Source: Eledone cirrhosa
Lineage: Eukaryota
Assembly (NCBI GenBank): GCA_964016885.1
Contig: OZ024741.1
Location: 275,032,001-275,096,000 of the forward strand
Length of the DNA stretch: 64,000 nucleotides
Direction: 5' to 3'
Every line of letters begins with the position of its first letter. The stretch's first letter is position 1. This document shows, piece after piece, positions 49,173 to 63,825 of the stretch. The position numbers were made by a program, and so were the translations under genes. The notes below the pieces were generated by a model. The model was given only the letters and a program-made list of their open reading frames with translations. It did no database searches and was not told the origin of the DNA.

Positions 49173-49285
49173 CTATCAATACAAACACATACGTACTACT
49201 AGTGTATTGAATTCTCTTCCTACACACACACATACACACACACATACATATATATACATACATACATACATACACACACACATAC

Positions 49286-49329
<44 letters not shown>

Positions 49330-49340
49330 TTGAAGGTGCA

Positions 49341-49508
49341 TAATTGTTTCTACTTTTGGCACAATACCACCAATTTCCCCAGTGCATTACTGGTACTTTA
49401 TTTTATCGACACCGTAAGAGTGAAAGGCAAAGTTAACCTCGGCAGGATTTGAACTCATGCTGCAAAGCATGGCGTCCGACCCTCTACCGATACTGCCAAT
49501 CCACCGCC
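49341..49508 (-). mobile_element. tRNA-derived SINE with internal deletion
   Basis: Reverse complement of the consensus. Confidence 0.85.
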
Positions 49509-49595
49509 TTGATCAGATGACCTCATGATTGCCGTACAATCTGGTCACAATCTGGTCATCTGCTCTATCTTATATATATATATATATTTATATAG

Positions 49596-50122
49596 ATTTT
49601 GGGTTTATGTTGGTTGTATACCAACACCTCAGTATGCAGGCTGGAGCACTCGACGAAGTGCGCAGGTTGGTTTGGTTACTCCGGAGTAGTGTAAAATAAA
49701 GTTAAATAAAAGTCAAATGATTAAAATTTAGCTTCGTTTATTACTGCTATATATATTTCAGTGACAGCCATCTTTGGCTGTGACATCTTCAGGCAGTTTG
49801 AATTAGTATGGTATAGACAAGTACATATGTTGTTTAGGTGTATGATATTGTCAATACTCTGATATGCCCAGTTCCTTGCTGGGTTGTTAATTCACTGGGG
49901 AACTGGAGTCATTCCCCAGTGAATTAACAACCCAACAAGGAACTGGGCATATCAGAGTATTGACAATATCATACACCTAAACAACATATGTACTTGTCTA
50001 TACCATACTAATTCAAACTGCCTGAAGAGGTCACAGCCAAAGATGGCTGTCACTGAAATATATATAGCAGTAATAAACGAAGCTAAATTTTAATCATTTG
50101 ACTTTTATTTAACTTTATTTTA
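49596..50122 (-). mobile_element. Family I element with ~210-bp inverted arms, each carrying a hammerhead
   Basis: 49692-49902 is inverted at 49912-50122 with about 2 substitutions. ACTGC-CTGAAGA-(G/T)GTcACAGCCA-aaga-TGGCTGTcAC-T-GAAA-TATATA-TA|GCAGT-AATAAA at 50017-50077. The tail with TCGAGTGCTC is on the left arm only. Confidence 0.85.
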
Positions 50123-50124
50123 TA

Positions 50125-50190
<66 letters not shown>

Positions 50191-50288
50191 CACACATATA
50201 TATACACACACACTCACACAAAGGATTAATACTAACAATGAAAATAATGTTTCCTTGGTTCAATCTGACGAGCGGTTCCTTTCCTATA

Positions 50289-50345
<57 letters not shown>

Positions 50346-50415
50346 GTACATCTATCATGTGTATTTATGTGGGAGACATGTGTGCTTTTAGCACTCTAAA
50401 TACTCCTTTGTGCGT

Positions 50416-50460
<45 letters not shown>

Positions 50461-50794
50461 ATATATATATATACATATGCATACATATATATACATATGC
50501 ATACATATATATACATATACATACAAATATGTATACATATATATATGTATATGTATGTAAACATATATATATCTATATATATGTTTGTGTGTGTGGGGGG
50601 TGACATATATGTGTGTATGTGTGGTTTAGCACTCTAAATACTCTTAATTAGATTTATATGACTTTTTCTATTGATTGGTAATTAAATTAATGGTAATTAA
50701 ATAAGTGATTAACGTATACGGGTGAGTGTATATGTATGTATATATGGCTGACAGTCTTTATATGTGTACATCTGACTCTCTCTCTCTCTCTGTA

Positions 50795-50870
<76 letters not shown>

Positions 50871-50896
50871 TATATATATATAAATATATATATAAA

Positions 50897-50988
<92 letters not shown>

Positions 50989-50999
50989 TATGTATATAT

Positions 51000-51051
<52 letters not shown>

Positions 51052-51052
51052 A

Positions 51053-51098
<46 letters not shown>

Positions 51099-51132
51099 TA
51101 TATATATAAATATATATATTTATATATATATA

Positions 51133-51175
<43 letters not shown>

Positions 51176-51232
51176 TTATATATATATTTATATATAAATA
51201 TATATTTATATATATATTTATATATAAACATA

Positions 51233-51272
<40 letters not shown>

Positions 51273-51276
51273 CATA

Positions 51277-51361
51277 TAGGAACCAGTAAGACCCCGACAG
51301 CTGAGCTCAAGCCGTTTCGACGTTATGGTCCACCTGGTTCCTTACCACATTTCCTTCGTTA
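51277..51361 (+). mobile_element. Family G derivative: inverted arm joined directly to the last ~40 nt of the tail
   Basis: Matches 40283-40328 followed by the reverse complement of 40203-40243, with CG microhomology at the junction. Confidence 0.8.
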
Positions 51362-51368
51362 TATATAC

Positions 51369-51537
<169 letters not shown>

Positions 51538-51538
51538 C

Positions 51539-51575
<37 letters not shown>

Positions 51576-51719
51576 CATACATATACATATATATATATAT
51601 AAACATATAAACATATATATATATATATATATATATGTATGGGTGACAGCCTTTGTGTGTGTGTGTATATATATATAAACACAGACCCACCCACAAATAT
51701 ATATATTTGATTGTGAATG

Positions 51720-51767
<48 letters not shown>

Positions 51768-52084
51768 CACACATACATACGTACATGCATGCATACGTAC
51801 ATGCACACACACACACGCACACGCACACTCCCTTCATCTGACATCAAAGCGGCTTTATCAAGTTTTCAATCTTCAGCAGAGTTTATAACGAAACTGATTT
51901 CCTTCATACCACGTACCTCATTACATACTCATACACACATACATATATAAAGACACACAGATGCATAGACACACACACACACTGACACACACATGCACAT
52001 ATATATGTGGTGTGTGTGTATATATATTTATGTATATATAAATACAAATATATATGTATATATATATCTATATATATATATATA

Positions 52085-52134
<50 letters not shown>

Positions 52135-52159
52135 AATACAAATATATATGTATGTATAA

Positions 52160-52245
<86 letters not shown>

Positions 52246-52599
52246 CGAGAGAGGGAAAGGGAGAGCGAGACTCAGACAGACACACGTATAGAGATACATA
52301 GACACACATACATACACACACACACTCACACATATAGATACACACATAGACTCACACACGCAATCACTCACATATATACACATATAGATATATATATAGA
52401 CACACACACACATAGACCCACACACATACAGACATATACACACAGACATATATCCATACATACATACATATAGACACACCGACACAGGGTTGTGTTGTGT
52501 TATGTGGACTTATGTCTTTGATGGAGCTTTTTTCTTGATATATTACTGGCGGTGTAGGATTTATATATTCTTTGAGTCTTTTACTGGTTTCAGACTACG

Positions 52600-54655
52600 G
52601 CCATGCTACAACATTGCTATGTAGGTATTTAGTCGGTCATATACATCCCTTCACTACATATTTCACTGAGGCCATGCTACAGCAATTATTTGAGAAGATT
52701 TAGTCGGTCATATACATCCCTTCACTACATATTTCACTGAGGCCATGCTACAGCAATTATTTGAGGAAATTTAGTCGGTCATATTCCCCTTCACTACATA
52801 TTTCACTGAGGCCATGCTACAGCAATTATTTGAGGAGATTTAGTCGGTCATATACATCCCTTCACTACATATTTCACTGAGGCCATGCTACAGCAATTAT
52901 TTGAGGAGATTTAGTCGGTCATATACATCCCTTCACTACATATTTCACTGAGGCCATGCTGCAGCAATTATTTGAGAAGATTTAGTCGGTCATATACATC
53001 CCTTCACTACATATTTCACTGAGGCCATGCTACAGCAATTATTTGAGGAGATTTAGTCGGTCATATACATCCCTTCACTACATATTTCACTGAGGCCATG
53101 CTACGGCAATTATTTGAGGAGATTTAGTCGGTCATATACATCCCTTCACTACATATTTCACTGAGGCCATGCTGCAGCAATTATTTGAGAAGATTTAGTC
53201 GGTCATATTCCCCTTCTCTACATATTTCACTGAGGCCATGCTGCAGCAATTATTTGAGGAGATTTAGTCGGTCATATTCCCCTTCTCTACATATTTCACT
53301 GAGGCCATGCTACAGCAATTATTTGAGGAGATTTAGTCGGTCATATACATCCCTTCACTACATATTTCACTGAGGCCATGCTACAGCAATTATTTGAGGA
53401 GATTTAGTCGGTCATATTCCCCTTCTCTACATATCTCACTGAGGCCATGCTACAGCAATTATTTGAGGAGATTTAGTCGGTCATATTCCCCTTCTCTACA
53501 TATTTCACTGAGGCCATGCTACAGCAATTATTTGAGGAGATTTAGTCGGTCATATTCCCCTTCTCTACATATTTCACTGAGGCCATGCTACAGCAATTAT
53601 TTGAGGAGATTTAGTCGGTCATATACATCCCTTCACTACATATTTCACTGAGGCCATGCTACAGCAATTATTTGAGGAGATTTAGTCGGTCATATACATC
53701 CCTTCACTACATATTTCACTGAGGCCATGCTACAGCAATTATTTGAGGAGATTTAGTCGGTCATATACATCCCTTCACTACATATTTCACTGAGGCCATG
53801 CTACAGCAATTATTTGAGGAGATTTAGTCGGTCATATTCCCCTTCACTACATATTTCACTGAGGCCCTGCTACAGCAATTATTTGAGGAGATTTAGTCGG
53901 TCATATTCCCCTTCACTACATATTTTACTGAGGCCATGCTACAGCAATTATTTGAGGAGATTTAGTCGGTCATATTCCCCTTCTCTACATATTTCACTGA
54001 GGCCATGCTACAGCAATTATTTGAGGAGATTTAGTCGGTCATATTCCCCTTCACTACATATTTCACTGAGGCCATGCTACAGCAATTATTTGAGGAGATT
54101 TAGTCGGTCATATTCCCCTTCACTACATATTTCACTGAGGCCATGCTACAGCAATTATTTGAGGAGATTTAGTCGGTCATATTCCCCTTCTCTACATATT
54201 TCACTGAGGCCATGCTACAGCAATTATTTGAGGAGATTTAGTCGGTCATATTCCCCTTCACTACATATTTCACTGAGGCCATGCTACAGCAATTATTTGA
54301 GGAGATTTAGTCGGTCATATTCCCCTTCACTACATATTTCACTGAGGCCATGCTACAGCAATTATTTGAGAAGATTTAGTCGGTCATATTCCCCTTCACT
54401 ACATATTTCACTGAGGCCATGCTACAGCAATTATTTGAGAAGATTTAGTCGGTCATATTCCCCTTCTCTACGTACATATTTCACTGAGGCCATGCTACAG
54501 CAATTATTTGAGGAGATTTAGTCGGTCATATTCCCCTTCTCTACATATTTCACTGAGGCCATGCTGTGGCATTGCTATGTAGGTATTTAGTCGGTCATAT
54601 TCCCCTTCTCTACATATTTCACTGAGGCCATGGTGCAGCACATCTTTCAGGGGAT
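52600..54655. repeat. 69/70-bp minisatellite (~29 units) derived from a SINE 3' tail
   Basis: Unit CATATTTCACTGAGGCCATGCTACAGCAATTATTTGAGGAGATTTAGTCGGTCATATTCCCCTTC(T/A)CTA; diverged units with SINE-tail sequence continue to ~55045. Confidence 0.9.
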
Positions 54656-55049
54656 TTAGTCAGCCATATCGATCTCGCTACTTATTTTACTCGTTTCAAT
54701 CATTACACTACGGTCATACTGGGGCACCATCCTGATGCGATTCAGTCGATCATATCAACCCTAGTATTTATTTTACTCAGGCCATGCTGGGGCACCTCTT
54801 TGAAGGGATTTTGTCGACCATATTCCCACTCAGTACATGTTTAACTGAAGCCTTGCTGCAGCACATCTTTGAGAGGATTTAGCCGGTCACATCGTTCATA
54901 GTACACATTTTATTGGTTTCAGTCATTCGACTGTCACCATGCTGGAGCACCACCTTAAAGGGATTCAGTCCATCATATCAATCTGAGTACTAATTTCTCT
55001 GAGGCCATGCTGGGGCTCCTCCATAAAGTGATTTTGACTATCATATTGC

Positions 55050-55420
55050 TAGTGGAGGTCGTAGTGGTACTGGTGGTTGTGGTGGTGGTGGTGGTGGTAC
55101 TGATAGTGGAGCTCTTGGTGATAATGGTACTGGTGGTGGTGGTGGTAGTGGTACTGATAGTGGAGATCTTGGTGATAGTGGTGGTGGTGGTGGTGGTGGT
55201 GGTGGTGGTGGTGGTGGTGGTGGTGGTGGTGATGGTGGTACTGATGGTGGTAGTGGTGGCAGTGGTACTGAAAGTGGAAGTAGTGGTGGCAGTGGTACTG
55301 GTGGTGGTAGTGGTACTGATAGTGGAGGTCTTGGTGATAGTGATACTGGTGGTGGCAGTGGTGGTGGTGGTGATGGTAGTTATACTGGTGGTGGCAGCGG
55401 CGGCGGCTGTGGTGGTGGTG
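55050..55420. repeat. (GTG)n-rich simple repeat
   Basis: Direct inspection. Confidence 0.9.
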
Positions 55421-55643
55421 CGCCGAACTTAGAGGAATTGTTCAAAGTTACTGTGACTCCGTCCTTTAGTAGCTGGGTACCAACTCTTGACTTCTGGGGT
55501 TTTCTAGTTGACCACTCTGAAGTTTAGGAGCTGTGTATGCAAATATGAGTGTAGTTAACTGTGTGTTTATGTATGTACATATACCTGTGTGTGTCTATGT
55601 GTATGGGCTTGTGCACGTATGCATGTCATGTGTGTGACTGTGC

Positions 55644-55717
<74 letters not shown>

Positions 55718-55719
<2 letters not shown>

Positions 55720-56108
55720 GAGGGTAATCCCAAAAGTAAGTTCTCCAAAGCGATGGGGACGCAGAGAAACTTTTCGTACGGCTGTTGGCAACACTGATGT
55801 GATTGGTGTTTACTTCACTCCCAAACAAGCATGCGCGCGCTTCGCTGGGATGCTCAATCTTGGCTTGGCAGCCATTGAGAATGGAGCTCCTGTTGAACGC
55901 TAACGCCAAGTGCGAATTTCGTGCAGTTATTATATACGAGGGCAATCCCAAAAGTAAGGTCTCCTTCCGAGGAAAACATGCGTAAAGATCGGCGGATCAC
56001 TCTGGATGCTCTCTGCTTTTTGGTTCCTGAGGTTTCCCGAAGCACCATCCACAGGATTTTAACCGAAAAGTTGCAATATCGGAAGTAGACCTTACTTTTG
56101 GGATATAC
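55718..56108 (+). mobile_element. Mariner transposon remnants (two left TIRs, one right TIR)
   Basis: TA-CGAGGG(T/C)AATCCCAAAAGTAAG at 55718 and 55937, and GACCTTACTTTTGGGAT at ~56088. Peptides AKCEFRAVI and ENMRKDRRITLDALC..VSRSTIHRILTEKLQYRK resemble a mariner transposase N-terminus/HTH. Confidence 0.75.
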
Positions 56109-56194
56109 ATACACACTGATACTGTTCATAAATTAAGCTGAAGAAAACTTTCCAAACTTGATAAACACGTATTAAAAATCAATAATAAACAAGA

Positions 56195-58770
56195 GCAACA
56201 ATAACAACAACAACAACAACAACAGCAACAATTACAACAACAACAATAACAACTATAACAACAATACCAACGAAGAGGTCAATAACAATGACGTAAACTT
56301 CATCAACAACACCAACTGTCACATCCTCAACAACAACAGCCATAACAACAAAACAGCCATTGCAACAACAACACAACAACCATTACAACAACAATACAAC
56401 AACCATTACAACAACCTCAACCATCACAACAACAACCATTACAACAACCACAACCATCACAACAACAACCATTACAACAACCACAACCATCATAACACCA
56501 TTACAACAACAACACAACAACCATTACAACAACCTCAACCATCACAACAACAACCATTACAACAACCGCAACCATCACAACACTATTACAACAACAACAA
56601 AACAACCATTATAACAACTACAACCATCACAACACCATCACAACAACAACCATTACAACAACACCATAACAACAACAAGAACCATTACAATAATACCATA
56701 ACAACAACTACCATTACAACAACAAGCATCACGACAACAACAACAACCATTGCAACAACAACCATCACAACAACCATTACAACAACAACCATCACGACAA
56801 CAACAAGCACCACTACAACAACAACAAAACAACCATAACCATCACAACACCACAACAACAACAGTAAGACAACAACCGGTAGCACGAATACAATAACAAC
56901 AACAACGATAAACAATAAAATAAGTGAGGTGTTTAGGGCGAATGAAGTGTGTGTGTGTGTGTGTGTGAGTACGTATGTGCGTGTATGTGTATGTATGTGT
57001 GTGTGTGTATATTTGTGCACGTATATGTGTGTGTATATTCTTGAGTATGTATATGTGTGTGTAAGTGTATAGAGGATGTGTGAGTATGTAAGGACGTGTG
57101 TGTGTGTGTGAAAACTAACTATGTACCCAGTTTCAATCTCACGAAATAATTTACCTATGTTAATGGTGGTCATGTGACCAACTAAAGAAACCACTGTCAC
57201 GTGATTAATACTGTTTAGGAGTTTACGTGCTGTTGGTCAGATTGCAAACATCAGTGACTGAGTGGGGGGGGGGTATGGATGGGGAGGGATTATATGGGGG
57301 AGAGTGTATGGAAGGAAGAGAGGTGGCGGGGTAGAGAGGAGGGGTGTGGAGGGGAGATAGAGGGGGTGTAGGGAAGGTGGGTGGCAGCTGTCCTTTTTAC
57401 AGGTAGTGGTGGTGGGCAGAGGTAGAGAAAGTGGTGATAGGGAAGTAGGCGGGAGGGGGAGAGAGAGTGAACACTATGATGATGTTGATGATAGTGATTG
57501 TAAATGTGGTGGTGATGGTTGTGATGGTGTTGGAGGTTGTGGTGGTGTTGGAGGTTGTGGTGGTGGTGGTGTTGGAGGTTATGATGGTGTTGGAGGTTGT
57601 AGTGGTTGTGGTGGTGTTGGAGGTTGTAGTGGTTGTGGTGGTGTTGGAGGTTGTAGTGGTTGTGGTGGTGTTGGAGGTTGTGCTGGTTGTGGTGGTGTTG
57701 GAGGTTGTGATGGTTGTGATGGCTGTAGTGGTTGTGGTGGTGTTGGAGGTTGTAGTGGTTGTGGTAGTGTTGGAGGTTGTGATGGTTGTGCTGGTGTTGG
57801 AGGTTGTGATGGTGTTGGAGATAGAATGGTTGTGATGGTGATGGTTGTAGTGGTTGTGGTGGTGTTGGAGGTTGTGATGGTTGTAGTGGTTTTGATGGTG
57901 TTGGAGATATGATGGTTGTGATGGTGATGGTTGTAGTTGTTGTGGTGGTGTTGGAGGTTGTGATGGTGTTGGAGGTTGTGATGGTGTTGGAGGTTGTGAT
58001 GGTTGTAGTGGTTTTGATGGTGTTGGAGATATGATGGTTGTGATGGTGATGATTGTAGTGGTGTTGGAGTTTGTGATGGCTGTAGTAGTTGTGTTGGAGG
58101 TTGTGATGGTTGTGATGGCTCTAGTGATTGTGGTGGTGTTGGAGGTTGTGATGGTTGTAGTGGTTTTGATGGTGTTGGAGATATGATGGTTGTGATGGTG
58201 ATGGCTGTAGTTGTTGTGGTGGTATTGGAGGTTGTGATGGTTGTGATGGTTGTTGTGGTTGTGGTGGTGTTGGAGGTTGTGATGGTTGTTGGGGTTGTCG
58301 TAGTTGTTGTGGTGTTGGAGGTTGCGGTTGTGATGGCTGCTGTGGTTGTGATGGTTATGGTTGTGATGGTTGTTGTGGTTGTGATGGTTATGGTTGTGAT
58401 GGTGTTGAAGGTTGTGGTGGTGCTGGGGGTTGTGGTTGTGATAGTTGTAATGTTAGTCGTTATGATAATGGTGGTGGTTGTGACGGTGATAATGGTGGAT
58501 GTGGTTGTGGTAAAGGTGTGAATAACTTGATGAGGAGGGGGAGGGGGAGGTTTAGGAAGAAAGTCGAGTGGGAGGGGACATAACTGTTTTTTATGATGAA
58601 AAAATAGGAAATTTATGTAGAATAATAAAATGCCTCAGTAGACTATTACTACCACCACCACCACCACTATTACTACTACTACCACCACCACCACTATTAC
58701 TACTACTACCACCACCACTACTATTACTACTACTACTACTACTATTACTACTACTACTACTACTACTACC
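56195..58770. repeat. (ACA)n, (GGT/GTT)n and (CTA/CCA)n low-complexity tracts
   Basis: Direct inspection. Confidence 0.9.
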
Positions 58771-58889
58771 AATGCGGTTTTATTGACCACACTACTTGAT
58801 TGGTACTTTATTTTATCGCCAGGAGGATTTAAACATACAAAATGATTGAAAAGCATATAGGTCTGTACACACACACATATACACACGCC

Positions 58890-58938
<49 letters not shown>

Positions 58939-58970
58939 GTGTGTGTGTATGTATCTATGTATGTATACAC

Positions 58971-59078
58971 CTATTGGCTGCATCTCGGTTTGCCATCATT
59001 TGAGCCTTTTCTCGTACATGGGTGACACGAATAGGACATTTGAGTCTGCCCAAGGACTTAGATTCCTCTCTGCATATG
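58971..59078 (-). CDS. Putative 108-nt exon ICREESKSLGRLKCPIRVTHVREKAQMMANRDAAN(R)
   Basis: Acceptor tatctttcgctgcAG, donor TAG|GTGTAT, open in phase 2/2; unique sequence among repeats. Confidence 0.55.
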
Positions 59079-59327
59079 CTGCAGCGAAAGATAAATAGAA
59101 TAAGCCATGCTCACGCAACACAATATTCCTATAGACACATAAAAAAAAACCCCACAACTTTATACATTTCGGAGATTTTTGTCTCTTCATACAAGGAGTA
59201 TTATTATGTCAATGTTATATATGTCAAGTAAGATATAGAACAACGATCTCAACACTTAAGAGCTCAAAAGAACCATTAGGTACTGGTGAAGAGCCGCAGT
59301 AGGCCAAAGGTGTGATTTCCACCAATT

Positions 59328-59512
59328 ATAATTGTTTCTACTTTTGGCACAAGGCCAGCAATTACCCACTGGTACTTTATTTTATCGACCCCGTAAGGAT
59401 GAAAGGCAAAGTTAACCTCGGCAGGATTTGAACTCAGAATGGCAAGGGCCGTAACTCTATGCGTCAAAGCATGGGGTCCGACCCTCTACCGATACTGCCA
59501 ATCCACCGCCCT
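59328..59512 (-). mobile_element. Full-length young SINE with 17-bp TSD
   Basis: TTTCCACCAATTATAAT at 59316-59332 and 59514-59530. Confidence 0.9.
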
Positions 59513-59571
59513 ATTTCCACCAATTATAATGTTAATCTGCAACACAGCTGATAGGCTGCCATGTATTTATT

Positions 59572-59722
59572 ACAGTATCGGTAGAGGGTCTGACGCCATG
59601 CTTTACAGGAAAGAGTTACAGCCCTTTATGTTCTGAGTTCAAATCCCGCCAAGGTTAACTTTGCCTTTCATCCTTACGGGGTCGATAATTGCTGGCCTTG
59701 TGCCAAAAGTAGAAACAATTAT
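59572..59722 (+). mobile_element. tRNA-derived SINE, internally deleted
   Basis: Consensus match; head-to-head with the previous SINE. Confidence 0.8.
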
Positions 59723-60037
59723 TTTTATTAAAATTAATACAGATATGATAGTAAGTAGGATATGGGAATTAGTACAAATTGTAGGAACACAAAATTTCCG
59801 TTTCAAATTTTCCTTAATTCTGTTTTTACTTTTGGTAAGTTTCATTTTTTACTGTTTTCACTTTTGCTAAAAATCCTTCTTTTTTTTTTTGCCAGTGTAT
59901 TGTTTCATGGGTAAATTACAATAAATAGCAGTTAAGACTTCCGGCGTTCTTGGCCCCCAGACCACATCCCTATTTACTGCTATCGGGGCGAAGCTGGCCA
60001 CCCTCAGGTGCGAGCCCCGCTAGGCAGAGTGGCCGTT

Positions 60038-60098
60038 TCAGAGCGTCTCCCTCGCTGTGCTCCGGAGCAATACATCCTCCATCCTGTTGGCCGTGACC
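60038..60098 (-). CDS. Putative alternative terminal exon VTANRMEDVLLRSTARETL*
   Basis: Strong acceptor CTAAC-ttatcctctgcgccAG in a GC-rich unique block; the phase-2 reading stops after 19 aa. Frame uncertain. Confidence 0.35.
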
Positions 60099-61119
60099 CT
60101 GGCGCAGAGGATAAGTTAGTTGGTGGTGAAGGATACTCGTTCGGACGTCACTTCTACAACTAAAGTATTTTTACATTTATACAACTGTGAACCTCAACGT
60201 TAATACTATTATTAAAACGGGAAAAAATTACCAAGTTTTAGAAAAAATATTAGTCACGAAAATTATTCTACCGCGAACCGTAGTAAAGTATTTTGTGGGC
60301 CACATATTGATCCCTATTACAGAACATAGCTTTGGGTAAAGAGGTGTTTATGCATGTATATTTTATATAAGGTTGCGTGTTTGAGATCCCAGGTATACAA
60401 CATAGGTGGAATGGGCAGTGTAATTATGATAATGAGTATAGGTTGGTGGCCATAGAGTGGTGGTGGTGGTTAGGTGGTGATGGTGGTAGTAGTGGTGTTG
60501 TTGTCGATGATGGTGGTGGTGGTGGTGTGCTTAGAGGTGGTGATGATGGCGGCGGTAGCGGTTTAGTTGGTGCCAGAGATCTGAGTATGACTTTTCGTTC
60601 CACACCATCACCAACAACACCACAACCAACAACAACTCTAACACCACCAAGAATAAAAACCACAGCAACAACAACAACATCATTAACACCACCACCACAA
60701 CCAACAACAAGAACATCCACACCATTACCACCACCACCATCAGCAACAACAACAACATCACTAACACTGCCCACAACCACCCAACACACAACTCCACCCT
60801 CTTTCTGTTCTACCAAAATATGTCCTGTCATATTTAACTAATTACCACCATTTGAGTGGTGGGGTTGGGGACGGTGTAGAAGGGGTGGGGTTAGGGATGG
60901 TGTGGTGGCGGTGGAGGGATAAAAGAAGTAGGGGGATGTAATAAATGACAGAAAGAAAGTGAAAAAGAAAGAAAGAAAAAGAAAGAAAGGAAGAACAAAA
61001 CAATCCAATTATTGCAATTCTCAATGTTTGAAACTCATTAACATTTCACAATCCAACAGTGCCGCCTTCCCCAACACCATCAACACCAGTAACACTTCCC
61101 TGTACCCCCCCCCCCACAC

Positions 61120-63825
61120 ACACACACTAAACTCCTCTACCTCCGCCACCACCACCACCACCACTCACGCCACATCGATCACCGCGGCTCCAACACCACC
61201 TCCTCCACCAACACCATCACAACTACTAACACTAACACTACCTTAATCACCCTCGCCTGCAACACTACCACAAACATCACCTCCACCACCATCACCACCA
61301 CCAACACTTCGATCACTACGGCTCCAACACCACCTCCACCGTCACCACCACCACCACTTCGATCATTACGGCTCCAACACTACCTCCGCCATCACCACCA
61401 CCACCTCCACCACCATCACCACCACCAACACTTCAATCACTACGGCTCCAACACCACCTCCACCGTCACCACCACCACCACTTCGATCATTACGGCTCCA
61501 ACACTACCTCCACCATCACCACCACCACCACTTCAATCACGACGGCTCCAACACCACCTTCACCATCGGCACCAATATCACCACCACCATCACCACCTCC
61601 ACCGTCACCACGACCACGACCACCACCACTAACACTACTTCAATCACCCCGACTCCAACACCCCCCACTAACACTACCTCCACCACCACCACTAACACCA
61701 TCTCCACCATCACCACAACCATCACCATCACCACCACCATCACCACCACCAACACTAACATACCTCAATCAGCGCGACTCCAACACCACCACCACCACCA
61801 CCACTAACACCACCTCCACCATCACCACCACCATCACCACCACTAACACCACCTCCACCATCACCACCACCATCACCTCCACCACCACCACCACCAACAC
61901 CACCACCAACACTAACATACCTCAATCACCGCGACTCCAACACCACCACCACCACTAACACCACCTCCACCATCACCACCACCATCACCACCACCAACAC
62001 CACCACCAACACTAACATACCTCAATCACCGCGACTCCAACACCACCACCACCGCGACTCCAACACCACCACCACCACTAACACCATCTCCACCATCACC
62101 ACAACCATCACCATCACCACCACCATCACCACCACCAACACTAACATACCTCAATCACCGCGACTCCACCACCACCACCACCACCACCACTAACACCATC
62201 TCCACCACCAACACTAACATACCTCAATCACCGCGACTCCACCACCACCACTAACACCAACACCACCACCAACACCACCACCAACACCACCACCAACACT
62301 AACATACCTCAATCACCGCGACTCCACCACCACCATCACCACCACCACCACCACCACTAACACCATCTCCACCACCAACACTAACATACCTCAATCACCG
62401 CGACTCCACCACCACCACTAACACCAACACCACCACCAACACCACCACCAACACTAACATACCTCAATCACCGCGACTCCACCACCACCATCACCACCAC
62501 CACCACCACCACTAACACCATCTCCACCACCAACACTAACATACCTCAATCACCGCGACTCCACCACCACCACTAACACCAACACCACCACCAACACCAC
62601 CACCAACACTAACATACCTCAATCACCGCGACTCCACCACCACCATCACCACCACCACCACCACCACTAACACCATCTCCACCACCAACACTAACATACC
62701 TCAATCACCGCGACTCCACCACCACCATCACCACCACCACCACCACCACTAACACCACCACCACCACTAACACCACCACCAACACCACCACCAACACTAA
62801 CATACCTCAATCACCGCGACTCCAACACCACCACCACCACCACCACTAACACCAACACCACCACCAACACCACCACCAACACTAACATACCTCAATCACC
62901 GCGACTCCACCACCACCACCACCACCACCACTAACACCATCACACCACCAACACTAACATACCTCAATCACCGCGACTCCACCACCACCACTAACACCAA
63001 CACCACCACCCAACACCACCACCAACACTAACATACCTCAATCACCGCGACTCCACCACCACCATCACCACCACCACTAACACCATCTCCACCACCAACA
63101 CCACCACCAACACTAACATACCTCAATCACCGCGACTCCACCACCACCACTAACACCAACACCACCACCAACACCACCACCAACACTAACATACCTCAAA
63201 TCACCGCGACTCCAACACCACCACCACCACCACCACTAACACCAACACCACCACCAACACCACCACCAACACTAACATACCTCAATCACCGCGACTCCAA
63301 CACCACCACCACCACCACCACTAACACCAACACCACCACCAACACCACCACCAACACTAACATACCTCAATCACCGCGACTCCACCACCACCACTAACAC
63401 CAACACCACCACCAACACCACCACCAACACTAACATACCTCAATCACCGCGACTCCAACACCACACCCACCACCACCACTAACACCAACACCAACCACCA
63501 ACACCACCACCAACACTAACATACCCTCAATCACCGCGACTCCACCACCACCACTAACACCAACACCACCACCAACACCACCACCAACACTAACATACCT
63601 CAATCACCGCGACTCCAACACCACCACCACCACCACCACTAACACCAACACCACCACCAACACCACCACCAACACTAACATACCTCAATCACCGCGACTC
63701 CAACACCACCACCACCACCACCACTAACACCAACACCACCACCAACACCACCACCAACACTAACATACCTCAATCACCGCGACTCCAACACCACCACCAC
63801 CACCACTAACGCCATCTCCACCATC
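61120..63825. repeat. (ACC)-rich minisatellite with recurring AACACTAACATACCTCAATCACCGCGACTCC unit
   Basis: Direct inspection. Confidence 0.9.

Noticed and set aside
52600-54655. CRISPR-like regular array, or a 235-aa repeat protein
   Set aside because: Units are contiguous with no unique spacers, there are no cas genes, the context is eukaryotic, and the ORF breaks at every 70-bp unit.
57406-57912. Gly/Cys-rich ORF (GGCSGCGGV repeats) resembling a structural protein
   Set aside because: It lies within a GGT/TGT low-complexity tract that is also open as poly-Val, with no signal peptide or splice evidence.
61120-63825. Mucin-like Thr/Pro-rich coding repeat or telomeric array
   Set aside because: Unit lengths shift frame, TAA recurs, and there are no TTAGGG repeats.
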